A stretch of DNA of 64,000 nucleotides, taken from contig JBGTHM010000100.1 in assembly GCA_041746255.1 (NCBI GenBank), forward strand, positions 63,087 through 127,086, in the 5' to 3' direction. This document shows, piece after piece, positions 20,533-30,584 of the stretch. Position numbers and translations under genes: made by a program. Source of the stretch: Fibrobacteria bacterium. Lineage in GTDB: Bacteria > Fibrobacterota > Fibrobacteria > UBA11236. The notes beneath the pieces are model-generated. The model did not search any database. It worked only from the letters and a program-made list of their open reading frames with translations, and was not told the origin of the DNA. The number at the start of each line of letters is the position of its first letter. Position 1 is the stretch's first letter.

Positions 20533-20712
20533 GAATAGATTCCCGATTCCGATTAAAAGTTATTAGGGGTAAATCCGGTTGGAATTCATATCTTATCGTC
20601 CGATTCGACGATATGATGACAAGCCCAATCGCCCTTCCCCATATTTCACATTTTCAAATATACCAGCCACTCCGGGACAAATACTGTCCCTATAGAAATT
20701 AACTTTTCATCC

Positions 20713-21693
20713 ATGCGAAACCGGGTACCTACGGTTCTAATGGCGCTCTTTTCTCTGGCAGCGGCCTTTTCCGGAGCCTATGCGCAAGGCAATTCCGGGA
20801 TCCCGGCTATCGACAGCTTGCCGCGTTACGATTGGGCCGAACCCTCGGAACCGCTTTTCTACCGGGATGCCCTTATCTACTCCCTCTTGATTCCAGGCGG
20901 TGGTCAGATATACGCCCGTCGCCCAATTCGTGCGGGCTTTTTAGTGGGCCTGGAAGGTCTGTTATTTTCGCAGGGTTTTTTAGCCAACCATTATATCCTG
21001 GAAAACCGAAACCGTGAAATCCGTACCCGTCTCGATTCCGCGGACGCGCTATACGATAACATGGTCCGGGATCCCGAACAAATCGGCACCCAACAGGGCA
21101 TTCGTTATGAACAGATAACCCATGCCCGGCGCAGTCTGGACGCCAAGGTCAGACAGCAGGACTTGGCGAATTCGCAAATCGCATGGGCCTTTGGTTTGCA
21201 TTTTTACGGAATCATGGACGCGATGGAATTGGTTTACCGCAGCCGCGTGGACGATCGCAAGGAGCGCTCGCTTACAACCGCCCTCTGGTATGGACTGGCC
21301 TTCCCCGGGGGGGGTCAAATGTATAATCGCCGCTTCGGTAAATTCGGTATGCTTTGGATGGCACTTGGCGGCAGCGTGGTATCCGCGGTTTCGCGCCAAA
21401 ACGTCGTGGACCATTTTCTGGAGCGACGTGACGTACTGCGGGCGGAAGCGGACTTGCCGTATGCGGAGCAGGGCCGGGTATCCGTGAATAGGGAGATAAG
21501 CAATCTGGACCAGGAGCTTACTCTCTACCGGAAACGTCGCAACCAGTATTTTTGGGGCTTAGCCTTGATTTATACCTATGCCATAGTGGATGGCATGGTG
21601 GACGCAGCGCTTTCGGATTTCGATCACCCCAAACGATTTGCGTTGGAAACCGGAGACAGCCCCTATTCCCTCCAGCTCAGTTTAAGATTCTAG
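20713..21693 (+). CDS. Membrane protein with two tandem DUF5683-like modules
   Basis: Repeated motif A..YSLLIPGGGQIY and ALWYGLAFPGGGQMY, each followed by a helical region and a Y..MDA/Y..VD helix; C-terminal LQLSLRF. Confidence 0.7.
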   Translation: MRNRVPTVLMALFSLAAAFSGAYAQGNSGIPAIDSLPRYDWAEPSEPLFYRDALIYSLLIPGGGQIYARRPIRAGFLVGLEGLLFSQGFLANHYILENRNREIRTRLDSADALYDNMVRDPEQIGTQQGIRYEQITHARRSLDAKVRQQDLANSQIAWAFGLHFYGIMDAMELVYRSRVDDRKERSLTTALWYGLAFPGGGQMYNRRFGKFGMLWMALGGSVVSAVSRQNVVDHFLERRDVLRAEADLPYAEQGRVSVNREISNLDQELTLYRKRRNQYFWGLALIYTYAIVDGMVDAALSDFDHPKRFALETGDSPYSLQLSLRF

Positions 21694-21722
21694 CGCCGCA
21701 AATCCCATTAGCGCGAACCCTA

Positions 21723-22541
21723 CTAATCATCCCACTCCGGTGCCAATTCGCTGGGGTTGATCAAACGGCCATTCTTGGGGAGCGCGTCGATTTGCGCCCT
21801 ATCTTCCGAGGATAATTCAAAGTCGAAAATATCCAGATTGGCTTGTTGATGGTCACGAGAGGTGGCTTTGGGCAACGCCACCACCTGGGGCTGATCGCAA
21901 AGCCATTTCAACGCGATTTGTCCCGCGGTCTTTGCATACTTCACTCCGATTTCCCGGAGCTTAGGCTCATCCAGTACCGTCCCTCGGCCTAGGGGAGCGT
22001 AGGCAGCAACCATTATATCATGGGCCTTTGCCACGCGAAGGATTTTCTCCTGCCCGAGTAACGGATGGTATTCAACTTGGATGCTGAAAATTGACTCTAA
22101 AGCAATTGCCTTTTCCAACAAAGCCGAAGGGAAATTACTTACGCCGATGTGGCGGACCCGACCGGCTTCGCGAAGCGTGGTAAGGGCCTGCAAGGTTTCT
22201 TCCAACGGAATAAGCGGATTGGGCCAATGGATGAGCATTAAATCGACATAATCGGTTCCCAGATTCTTGAGGCTGGACTCCGCGCTTTTACGGACCCCCA
22301 GCGAATCCAGATCAGTCGGCCAAATTTTGGAAGTGATGAAAAGGTCTTGCCGAGCGATACCCGCGCCTTTCAAGCCTGCTCCGACTTCCGCTTCATTCTT
22401 ATATATCGGTGCAGTATCGATATGCCGGTACCCGGATTCCAATGCGGATTCCACTGCTTGTTGGCACTCGTTCCGCATTAACCGATAGGTGCCGAAGCCC
22501 AATACCGGAACTGCTACTCCCTGGAAAGTTTTAATATCCAT
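21723..22541 (-). CDS. Aldo/keto reductase (DkgB-like)
   Basis: LGFGTY, GYRHIDTAPIYKNE, FITSK, LIHWP, IGVSNF and QVEYHP motifs; start placed at MDIKT. Confidence 0.93.
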   Translation of the reverse strand: MDIKTFQGVAVPVLGFGTYRLMRNECQQAVESALESGYRHIDTAPIYKNEAEVGAGLKGAGIARQDLFITSKIWPTDLDSLGVRKSAESSLKNLGTDYVDLMLIHWPNPLIPLEETLQALTTLREAGRVRHIGVSNFPSALLEKAIALESIFSIQVEYHPLLGQEKILRVAKAHDIMVAAYAPLGRGTVLDEPKLREIGVKYAKTAGQIALKWLCDQPQVVALPKATSRDHQQANLDIFDFELSSEDRAQIDALPKNGRLINPSELAPEWDD

Positions 22542-22618
22542 GAATTCATCCCCCCTACCCTTAGGAAGGTAACATAATTGCTGTGGTGCAGCGTGGTTCA
22601 CTCGTGCACCTAGGGCGT

Positions 22619-23014
22619 TTAAAACAGGCTGCGCCAAAGGCTGCGGAGGATATGCCCATAGGCCTGGCGCCGAGTCAAAGAGTTTTCCAGGTGTTCCCGC
22701 AAACATGCTTCCAGGCTGGGAGGCTCAAGAATTCGCATCCAACGGCGCAGGCGGAAATCGTAATAGATTTCGCGATGATCATGCGGCCAATCCCGGGGCA
22801 CCGACTCTAACAGATTCAGTGCCATTTTGGGATTAAGGCCTTCTCTTAGCAGGGGAAGCAAAAATCGTTTCAGTGTAGCTGCGTGGATGGGGGACGCAGC
22901 GGACCCACGCTTATATTCCTGAAGAATATTTTCCAGGTGGACATGCTCCTCGGCAGTGAGGGCATCTCCCACTTCGCCGGGAGGTTGGGATGCGCCTTCA
23001 AAAAAATTCTCCAT
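22619..23014 (-). CDS. Hypothetical protein (alternative start 23050)
   Basis: ORF fills the gap between the AKR and GH8 genes; no motif recognised. Confidence 0.5.
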   Translation of the reverse strand: MENFFEGASQPPGEVGDALTAEEHVHLENILQEYKRGSAASPIHAATLKRFLLPLLREGLNPKMALNLLESVPRDWPHDHREIYYDFRLRRWMRILEPPSLEACLREHLENSLTRRQAYGHILRSLWRSLF

Positions 23015-23075
23015 GCACCGATTTTCCCATTCTGTTACAGTCAACGCCAACCCCGAGAAATGCTACTAAGGGTAT

Positions 23076-24596
23076 ATGCATGGATTCCAGTGGACCTTAC
23101 CTGCCCTTATTTTGTTTTTATTGGCTTTTCCCTGCCCCAGCGTGAACGCCTTCGGCCCGACCACTTCACGTCTGCCCCGCATCGATGACGCCCGGCTCGA
23201 CTCGGCCCTGGCGCGTACCGCTCGCGGAATAATCCGACGCAACGTCGATCCCTATAGCGATGGCCTGGTACATCGCCCCAAATCCGAGGAGCCGGGCGAC
23301 GCCGTATCGGAAGGCCAGGCCTATGGAATGATTGTGGCCTTATACTCCGGCGATCAAGCCAACTTCAACCGGATCTGGGACGCCGCGGAACGGGCCATGT
23401 GGAACAATTCCAGCAAGCTGTATGATTGGCGCGTGGGAGCCAACGGTAAAATCATCGGAACGGGAATGGCTACCGATGCCGATCAAGACATCGCGCTGGT
23501 CTTGCTTTTCGCGGACTCCTTGGCTTCCAAGGGAGTTTGGAAACACCATAAAGGACCGAAAGGGGCGAGTTACCGGCAAAGAGCCATGGAAATCATCCAC
23601 AGCATTTGGAATTCCGCGGTGGTGGAAGGCAAATACCTGGCTCCCGGAGCCGGATGGGGAGGGAGCGACTTCGTCAATCCCGGCTATTTCTCGCCGGCCA
23701 ATCTTAAAATTTTTGCCCAAGTCGACCCGCATCACAATTGGAATAGCGTGATCAACCAATGCTATCAGACCCTATTCGCCAGCCCCGGCGCCTCCAAAGG
23801 GTTGCTGCCCGATTGGATGACTCCGCATGGATCCTATTTCGACGGAGAGCTGGGATATAATGCCTACAGGCAAGGCCGTGCCATGTATAAGGACGCCATT
23901 CGCGTGCATTGGCGCATGGCTCTGGATTGGCTCTGGTTCGGCGATACCCGCGCGAAAAAATGGCTCGACGCCGCTACCGCTTTCATCGAAACTCCCGAGC
24001 GGGCGAATTTTTATACCATGGATGGGAGCATACTTCCGGCAGGAGAAACCTTTACTCTGGGTGACGGACAATTAAGATCACGGAGAGAACACAGCGAGCT
24101 CACGGTGGCGATGTGGGCTTGCGCCCCCTTCTCCACCCGGGGGCCTGAAGGTTCTAAGGATTGGGCGGAAGCCTTGCTGGCCTTCGCGCCCGCACAAAAC
24201 GATGCTTGGGGCCGCCCCTCCGACGCACAGATTGCCGGGCGAATCGGTTCAGCCCCGAATGAAAATTATTTCGAACAATTTCTAGCCTGGTTCGGAGCGG
24301 CGGTGTTGGCGGGTAGGTTTTCCAACATTTGGGACGATCTGGCCCATCCGGCCTCCCTCATTCCTCCAGCACAGACGGTACAGAGATTGAGAGGGGTTCA
24401 GGGAATGAACCTTATTGGGTACGGGGAGCGGCTCGAAATTCGCACGGTCCCACATGCAAAGGTTTTATGGTTGACGTTGGATGGAAGAATTAGGGGCCAA
24501 TCTCATGCGGATAAAGAAGGATTCGCCGTTTGGAACCCGCCAAAAGGCCTATCAGGATTGATTTTCGCAAGAATTGAGGGCCGAAGCTTACCCTAA
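23076..24596 (+). CDS. Secreted glycoside hydrolase family 8
   Basis: Signal peptide; VSEGQAYGM (catalytic Glu), ATDADQDIA, NPGYFSP, GLLPDW and YKDAIR motifs. Confidence 0.92.
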   Translation: MHGFQWTLPALILFLLAFPCPSVNAFGPTTSRLPRIDDARLDSALARTARGIIRRNVDPYSDGLVHRPKSEEPGDAVSEGQAYGMIVALYSGDQANFNRIWDAAERAMWNNSSKLYDWRVGANGKIIGTGMATDADQDIALVLLFADSLASKGVWKHHKGPKGASYRQRAMEIIHSIWNSAVVEGKYLAPGAGWGGSDFVNPGYFSPANLKIFAQVDPHHNWNSVINQCYQTLFASPGASKGLLPDWMTPHGSYFDGELGYNAYRQGRAMYKDAIRVHWRMALDWLWFGDTRAKKWLDAATAFIETPERANFYTMDGSILPAGETFTLGDGQLRSRREHSELTVAMWACAPFSTRGPEGSKDWAEALLAFAPAQNDAWGRPSDAQIAGRIGSAPNENYFEQFLAWFGAAVLAGRFSNIWDDLAHPASLIPPAQTVQRLRGVQGMNLIGYGERLEIRTVPHAKVLWLTLDGRIRGQSHADKEGFAVWNPPKGLSGLIFARIEGRSLP

Positions 24597-24647
24597 AAAC
24601 CTTTCTAATTTTTAAATTCCACCCCGGTAGGAAAAGGAAACGGTAAG

Positions 24648-25559
24648 ATGACTCAAAGTGAATGCATCGGAACAAATCCTTCTTTCCCGATTTTGTGGAA
24701 ACTTCTCTTTTCAGTCATGCTTTTTTACTCATCCGCACATTGTCAATCTCAATGGCAGCGGGGTGAGCTGCTCTACCAGGAGGACTTCTCCGACGCAACA
24801 CTCAACAATTGGGTCATTGAAGTACAAAAACCCAGTGCTTCCAAAATTATCGCGAAGGACGGAAAAATGCATATCGATGTTCCTGAAGGCGTGCTTGTCT
24901 GGTTCAAGCATAAGCTGGAAGGAGACATTCTCATACAATACGATATGGAAGTGATTAAGAAGGGCGGACCCAACGACCGCGTGTCGGACTTGAATCAGTT
25001 TTGGATGGCATCGGATCCAAAAAATCCCAACCTGTTCACCCGCAACGGCAATTTCCCCGACTACCATGGCCTGCTGCTCTATTATGTGGGAATGGGAGGT
25101 GCAAACAATACGACCACCCGGTTTCGAAAATATCCCGGGGACGGTACCCGCCCGTTATTACTGGAACATTTGGATAAAGATCATCTTATCAAGGCCAATA
25201 CAATACACTCCGTGCAAATCGTTTGTTATAAGGGTACGACCCAGTTCATCGTAAATGGAGAAGTTTTTTTCAATTATAAGGATCCCAAACCCATTACAGC
25301 CGGGCATTTCGGCTTTCGCACCGTTCAGAATCACGAAACCGCGGATAATTTCAAGGTATACCGATTGGTGGATGCAAGTACTTCGTCTATTGGAAAATCG
25401 ACTAAGCAAGACTTCTCTCCTCGTTTCGGCAATGGATTCCGGGTTAATGGCAGAAGGATCGATTTATCAAATATTAACCCTGTGTTGAGGGATGGCCCGG
25501 TATTTCAGATTAATACTGACGGACGTGCGAAAATCTCGGATTTCCAACCTGATAAATAA
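24648..25559 (+). CDS. Secreted DUF6250/YesU-like beta-sandwich protein
   Basis: LLYQEDF, WFKHKLEGD, DRVSDLNQFWMA, YYVGMGGANNTTTRFRKY and GHFGFRT motifs. Confidence 0.75.
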   Translation: MTQSECIGTNPSFPILWKLLFSVMLFYSSAHCQSQWQRGELLYQEDFSDATLNNWVIEVQKPSASKIIAKDGKMHIDVPEGVLVWFKHKLEGDILIQYDMEVIKKGGPNDRVSDLNQFWMASDPKNPNLFTRNGNFPDYHGLLLYYVGMGGANNTTTRFRKYPGDGTRPLLLEHLDKDHLIKANTIHSVQIVCYKGTTQFIVNGEVFFNYKDPKPITAGHFGFRTVQNHETADNFKVYRLVDASTSSIGKSTKQDFSPRFGNGFRVNGRRIDLSNINPVLRDGPVFQINTDGRAKISDFQPDK

Positions 25560-25587
25560 AAAGGCGCCCCGGAAAATCCGGGACGCC
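25558..25587 (-). terminator. Terminator between convergent genes
   Basis: GGCGCCCCGGA-AAA-TCCGGGACGCC hairpin preceded by A5, which is a T tract on the minus strand. Confidence 0.65.
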
Positions 25588-25611
25588 ATTGTAAAAATGA
25601 GTCGATAAATA

Positions 25612-28600
25612 TCAGGGTTTGGGCAGTACCGCAAGCGGAACTACCAACAACAAACCGTCCGCCGATAGTTTCGGTTTGCTCGCGTCCGTTTCCACCGCCA
25701 ATACGATATAGGCTTCGGCCGTTGCGGCATCGTTTACCATCACGGCATTTACCTGGCTATTCATGGAAGCCGAAGCAGCGACCACCACGACCATTCCGAG
25801 ATCATCCGGATGACGGACAACCAAGACCTTGTTCTGTTTATTGGTCAGAACACTCATGACAATATCGGTCGATCCGGAATACAATTTCGGTCCCGAAGTT
25901 TGCGTTGAGTCGCAGGGTCCCTTCATCGGATCGCAGGGAGGAGGAGGCTGGGTACAATCGGCCCGATTCGGATCGCAAGGAGGCGGGCTGCAGGGTCCCA
26001 TCGTCGTATCGCATGGAGGCGGAGGAGGAGGCGTGCTTCCGCAAACCATGCCCGCTATCTCGGTATAATGAGAAGCTGGCCGGGCCTCGACTACATACAC
26101 ACGGGTACGCACTTCTCCCGCGCCGTCGAACATTTTTTCCATGCGCGCCGGCTGATCCATTTGGAATTGATCCTGGATCACGATGAAAACGGAGCCATTC
26201 GATGCGAGCATTTGCTTATCGCGCTCGAAGTTGTCCTTATCCATTTGCGAGGCATCGGTACGCAAAGCAATTTGTTCCAAGGTAATTCCGATTTGACCGC
26301 AATTGGGAGCCGGCATTTCCTTCACATTCTTTTCATTGTTCACGCTTTTGAAAACGCGTCCGTTGAAGGCCACGTAGAAGGGAGCTCCCTCCTGTATTCC
26401 ATCCGCAATCATGACTTTCTTGAATTGACTTACTCCCGAAATGAAGGGACGGGCGAAAGAATTCACGGGAGGCGGTATATACCCTGTACTGTCGCAAGGA
26501 CCTCGGGCGGGATCGCAATGGGGCGGCGGAGGCGGCATGGTACCGACAAAGCCGGTGCCGAACTCATCCCTTTGTATCCAACCCTTCATCGTACCCTTCA
26601 GCCCCGTGTTATTGGCGAGAACCTCCATTTCCGTGTCCCTGGCTTTCATGGATAGCTGGCCCGGAATACTGCGTAACCGGCCCGCGGAATCCGTTTCCGA
26701 GAAGAAATGGCCGTCGATGTTCCAGTTTCCATCGACACGGGACATGCGTCCGCCAAAATCGCCGCGGGTGATTACCACCTCGTTTTTATTTTCAAAGCGC
26801 GCATGGAATTCATAACCACCGTCGGGTTGCAGCCGGAATTCCAGCCTTTCCGAAGTCGCCAGCGTATCGCCGAATTCGTCTATGAGAATAGCGGTTCCGT
26901 TTCCGAGGACAAGCTTGGAATTCTCGGTCACGCCTGAAGGGGGATGTCGATAGACCGCGGGGCCCATGGGTCCTGGAGCGGGGCCGGGGACGAAACCGCC
27001 GCCTCCACCCAGCATGTGGTCCACGCTCTCGCCTCTACCGCTGGAGGCGAATTCGCCTACGAAGGGTCCGACGCCGAAACTGGTCGAGGTCTTCGCCACA
27101 GCGGAAATCATGTCTACCGGACCGCGCATAATCGACATCACTTTGTCGTAATGGCCACGGAGCAGGTAAGCACGGCCGGACATGGGACCGTCCTTGGGAA
27201 GAATCACCTGGAAGGAGAATTCACCCATGGCGTCGTTAAAACCGGCGGCCACGGTGTCCTTTAGGGTATCGCGACCCAGAATGAAGGAGTAGGCGACCAA
27301 CAACCCTTTAGCGCTATCGGTATAAGCCCTAAAGTTGAGCGCGTTCATTTCTCCAGATTGATTGCGGAATTTACCCGTAAAAACTCCGGTCGGTCTCTCG
27401 GCGCGGGGCCGAGTGCCGGGATTGTTTAAAGGATCGTTCGGATTGGTGCCCATCAAAGCTTCAATATCGTCCGGAAAGCCGTCCCCATCAGAATCAATCC
27501 ACTCGATAGGCGGCTTCAACCCGCGAAGGGCCACGATTTGGGCTTTAATTCCCTCGGGTGAAGCCTTGGTTTCCACCAGCTTTTTAGAACCGTCGGGATC
27601 CAGAAGCCGCTCGATGAAATCGGGCATGCCATCACCGTCGGTGTCGACGCGAAAATCCGGATACGAATTGCGGTCATGGGGATTGGTCCCATATTTGAGC
27701 TCGATGAAATCGGGGAAGCCGTCCATGTCCGAGTCACCGAAACCCATGGATCCGCCCGGCATGGGCATATGGACTTGGTTATCAAAGCGGGCGAAAGCAT
27801 CTCCCTGCGGAAAGTCGCGCACCGCGAAATATCCGCGGGTCGCTCCGAAATCGGACTCCCCGTAGAAGCGATCCATCTTGAACCCGTTGGCTAGGAATTG
27901 CGAAGCCGAGGTATCTTTAACGGCGACTACCTTCCAATGGTATACGCCGGCCTTACCGGAATCCAGATTCACCATTTTGTCGAGCACGAACTCGAACATG
28001 GCTCGTTCCCATCCCGGCAGACGCAGGTCTTGCGCCCGTCTGAGAATAGGAGTGGCATTGGTTCCCGCCACTTTGGCGCCGGCATCAAGCGCGAAGGAAT
28101 GCTCCGCGCCTTTTCCCTTGTGCTTGACGAAAAGCAAGGCGCCGTATGGAGGCCGGCCTCCCGTGAATTTCCCGTCCTCGGCCAAACCTACCAGATATCC
28201 GCCGACACTGTCATGCGCGGAACCCTTGAACTTGAAGGTGACACCGCCTTCGCTATTACCTGCGTTCGCCTGTCCGTCTACGGGGCTGATCAGGTTGATA
28301 GGCTCCACCTTGTTAAAGGCGAAGTCGCCGCTTTGTACACCGCGATCGAAGTCGGCTTTGGAAATCTCATTCTCGGACGGCAGGATGTTCAATACCAGCC
28401 ACTTGCTGCCATTGTTTACCAAGACGAAGCGGAGAATATCATAGCGGGTATCTTCCAGGCTCGGCCCACGTGAGCAGTAGTGGTGGATATCCCTAAAGTT
28501 TACGCGATTGAATTTTTCATGCGAAATCGATTTCACCGCGACCTTAGCGGTATCGCCTTCAATGATGATATTGGGATCCACTTGGAATTCTTCGCGGAGT

Positions 28601-30432
28601 TCGAGCTTTACCGGCTCCAGCATCACTGTCGAAGTACTCCGAAGTATTTCGCCCATGAACCGTTCATCATGCTGGGCGTTGGTCTGATTTACCGGGCCCG
28701 CGAATCGGGAGAAATCAGGTGCGAATCCATACTTCTTGCCCTCATAGGTCAAGAATGGACGTCCGGCATCCCAAGTGATGCCCGAAGAGATTAGCATCCT
28801 ATCTTTGGTCCATACGCGGGGAGCCATACCCGGCTGCACATAGGCTTCAACCCAGATAAAGTTATCAGCGGATCCACCTTCAGCCACGACTTTCCATCGG
28901 GCGAGATGGCCGTCCTTACACACGCCTGCGGTATCGTAGACGGGCGCCGGAAATCCAGCCGCTAAAGTCTGACGCTGGGCCACATCCTGGCGGATCATAT
29001 CGAGAAATTGCTGGCGGCCCATGATACCGTCACTGGAAACCATACGCATGTTGGCGTGAAAATTTACGCTGAACCGCGCCAGATCGCCGCTTAGATAGGC
29101 GTCGAACATATTCTCCACGGCCAAAGCGATTTTAAGTTTCTCTCCGTCCGCGGAAGCCACCGCGCCTTCGAAATCCCTAACCTTGAAGGAAAGAGTATAT
29201 TCCGAACCCAGGTCATTGCCTAAAACATCTTTGGTGCCGGCCGGGAGTTTGATGGTATAGGTTTCGCCTACCTTAAGGCGGCTGTTATGGTTGAAGACCA
29301 CGCGCGGACCGAATACTTCCCAGGTTCCGCGCACCGATGGCTCGATAACCGCATTTTTCAATATAGAGAAAATCTCCACCGGACGGGTGAAGGTAAGCGA
29401 TGGATTTTGATTGGGTTTCAGAGTGCCGTCCTTGGCCGGAAAGGAGTTCGCCACCTCGAATTTGACTTTCGCCAATTCCGAAGCTTCTACCGCACGGAAG
29501 GTCGCATAGGTGGTTTTTTGCAAGGAGTTTTTAGCCAAATCCTTAAGGCCCGTCGAAATAATGATGCCGTATTGCACACCGACTTCCATCTCAGGGATCA
29601 CCAGGGTAAATTGCCGGCTATCGCCATTCCAGGAGGATTGGACTTCCTTCAGAGTGTCGGAAAGAACCACGCTACTCGAGCTGTTGGAGGTATCGATCTT
29701 ACCGATGACGATGCTCCGTGCGGATTCACGGCTCATCGGCTCCGAAAAAACGATATTCACTCGGCCATTTTTTGCCGGGATGGAACTGACCATGAATACA
29801 TTGCTGTTATTGGGTGATGTCGCGTCGAAAACGCTGGTCACCACCGGCGAGGTCACGTCTTCAATGGCCGTGGCCGTATCCACCCTGACGATGCTGTCTT
29901 TGATGGGATTGATATTGGGAATGGAAGCCGTGACCAGTTCGAAGGTTTCCAGGTTCAGGTAAACCGCGAAGCCGAAATATTGACCTTCGTTAAGCACAGC
30001 GGCATAAGCGCCGACACTATCAGTTTTAAGCGTGGTATCGGCGGCCGTGGTCGGAGCCAATGCATCGAAAAGCAGAATGGTCGCACCGGTAAGCGGAATT
30101 TCCTCTCTATTGAGGAAACGTTGCTGACCTCCCGCGTTGCGGGCCTGTTTAGCTAATCCTTCGAAGGGCTTGGTGCCTTCTCCGGTAAGGAAACCTGTGA
30201 TTACTCCCTTACCTTTATTGGCCTTCACCAAGTCCTGCAATTTTCCCAGATCTTCTTTTTTGGGTTCGGTACCGGGATCCACGGTTTTGGATATATCCTT
30301 GGCTTTGGAACAGCCGGAAAAAGCCAATAGGGCAGCCGCCGCCAACAGGGTTAAGAACGCCCTGCTCTTGATCCAGAAGGAAGCTGTAGAGCCGTTTTGT
30401 TTGCCATTACAGTAATCGGGTTCGGGTTGCAT
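25612..30432 (-). CDS. Giant surface lipoprotein: Ig-like (Big_5) domains, NTF2-like segment, DxDxDG Ca-binding repeats, Pro/Cys repeats
   Basis: Lipobox FSGC; IVFSEPM...LKDLAKN and LTFTRPV...TKDVLGN (Big_5-like); three D(S/T)DxDG.PD.IE repeats; AGGAGG RBS upstream. Confidence 0.8.
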   Translation of the reverse strand: MQPEPDYCNGKQNGSTASFWIKSRAFLTLLAAAALLAFSGCSKAKDISKTVDPGTEPKKEDLGKLQDLVKANKGKGVITGFLTGEGTKPFEGLAKQARNAGGQQRFLNREEIPLTGATILLFDALAPTTAADTTLKTDSVGAYAAVLNEGQYFGFAVYLNLETFELVTASIPNINPIKDSIVRVDTATAIEDVTSPVVTSVFDATSPNNSNVFMVSSIPAKNGRVNIVFSEPMSRESARSIVIGKIDTSNSSSSVVLSDTLKEVQSSWNGDSRQFTLVIPEMEVGVQYGIIISTGLKDLAKNSLQKTTYATFRAVEASELAKVKFEVANSFPAKDGTLKPNQNPSLTFTRPVEIFSILKNAVIEPSVRGTWEVFGPRVVFNHNSRLKVGETYTIKLPAGTKDVLGNDLGSEYTLSFKVRDFEGAVASADGEKLKIALAVENMFDAYLSGDLARFSVNFHANMRMVSSDGIMGRQQFLDMIRQDVAQRQTLAAGFPAPVYDTAGVCKDGHLARWKVVAEGGSADNFIWVEAYVQPGMAPRVWTKDRMLISSGITWDAGRPFLTYEGKKYGFAPDFSRFAGPVNQTNAQHDERFMGEILRSTSTVMLEPVKLELREEFQVDPNIIIEGDTAKVAVKSISHEKFNRVNFRDIHHYCSRGPSLEDTRYDILRFVLVNNGSKWLVLNILPSENEISKADFDRGVQSGDFAFNKVEPINLISPVDGQANAGNSEGGVTFKFKGSAHDSVGGYLVGLAEDGKFTGGRPPYGALLFVKHKGKGAEHSFALDAGAKVAGTNATPILRRAQDLRLPGWERAMFEFVLDKMVNLDSGKAGVYHWKVVAVKDTSASQFLANGFKMDRFYGESDFGATRGYFAVRDFPQGDAFARFDNQVHMPMPGGSMGFGDSDMDGFPDFIELKYGTNPHDRNSYPDFRVDTDGDGMPDFIERLLDPDGSKKLVETKASPEGIKAQIVALRGLKPPIEWIDSDGDGFPDDIEALMGTNPNDPLNNPGTRPRAERPTGVFTGKFRNQSGEMNALNFRAYTDSAKGLLVAYSFILGRDTLKDTVAAGFNDAMGEFSFQVILPKDGPMSGRAYLLRGHYDKVMSIMRGPVDMISAVAKTSTSFGVGPFVGEFASSGRGESVDHMLGGGGGFVPGPAPGPMGPAVYRHPPSGVTENSKLVLGNGTAILIDEFGDTLATSERLEFRLQPDGGYEFHARFENKNEVVITRGDFGGRMSRVDGNWNIDGHFFSETDSAGRLRSIPGQLSMKARDTEMEVLANNTGLKGTMKGWIQRDEFGTGFVGTMPPPPPHCDPARGPCDSTGYIPPPVNSFARPFISGVSQFKKVMIADGIQEGAPFYVAFNGRVFKSVNNEKNVKEMPAPNCGQIGITLEQIALRTDASQMDKDNFERDKQMLASNGSVFIVIQDQFQMDQPARMEKMFDGAGEVRTRVYVVEARPASHYTEIAGMVCGSTPPPPPPCDTTMGPCSPPPCDPNRADCTQPPPPCDPMKGPCDSTQTSGPKLYSGSTDIVMSVLTNKQNKVLVVRHPDDLGMVVVVAASASMNSQVNAVMVNDAATAEAYIVLAVETDASKPKLSADGLLLVVPLAVLPKP

Positions 30433-30584
30433 ATGGGTGTTATCCTCCTGGTTGAAAATGGTTCGGAACGCTGAGTCATTCTAGGCGGTGGTCGACGGGA
30501 CAACCAAGACTTTTTTCGCAATATAAAGGTGTTTGGGTTTTATTAAGTTTATGAGCTGAATAGGCACAGGAAGGAACGGGTATT

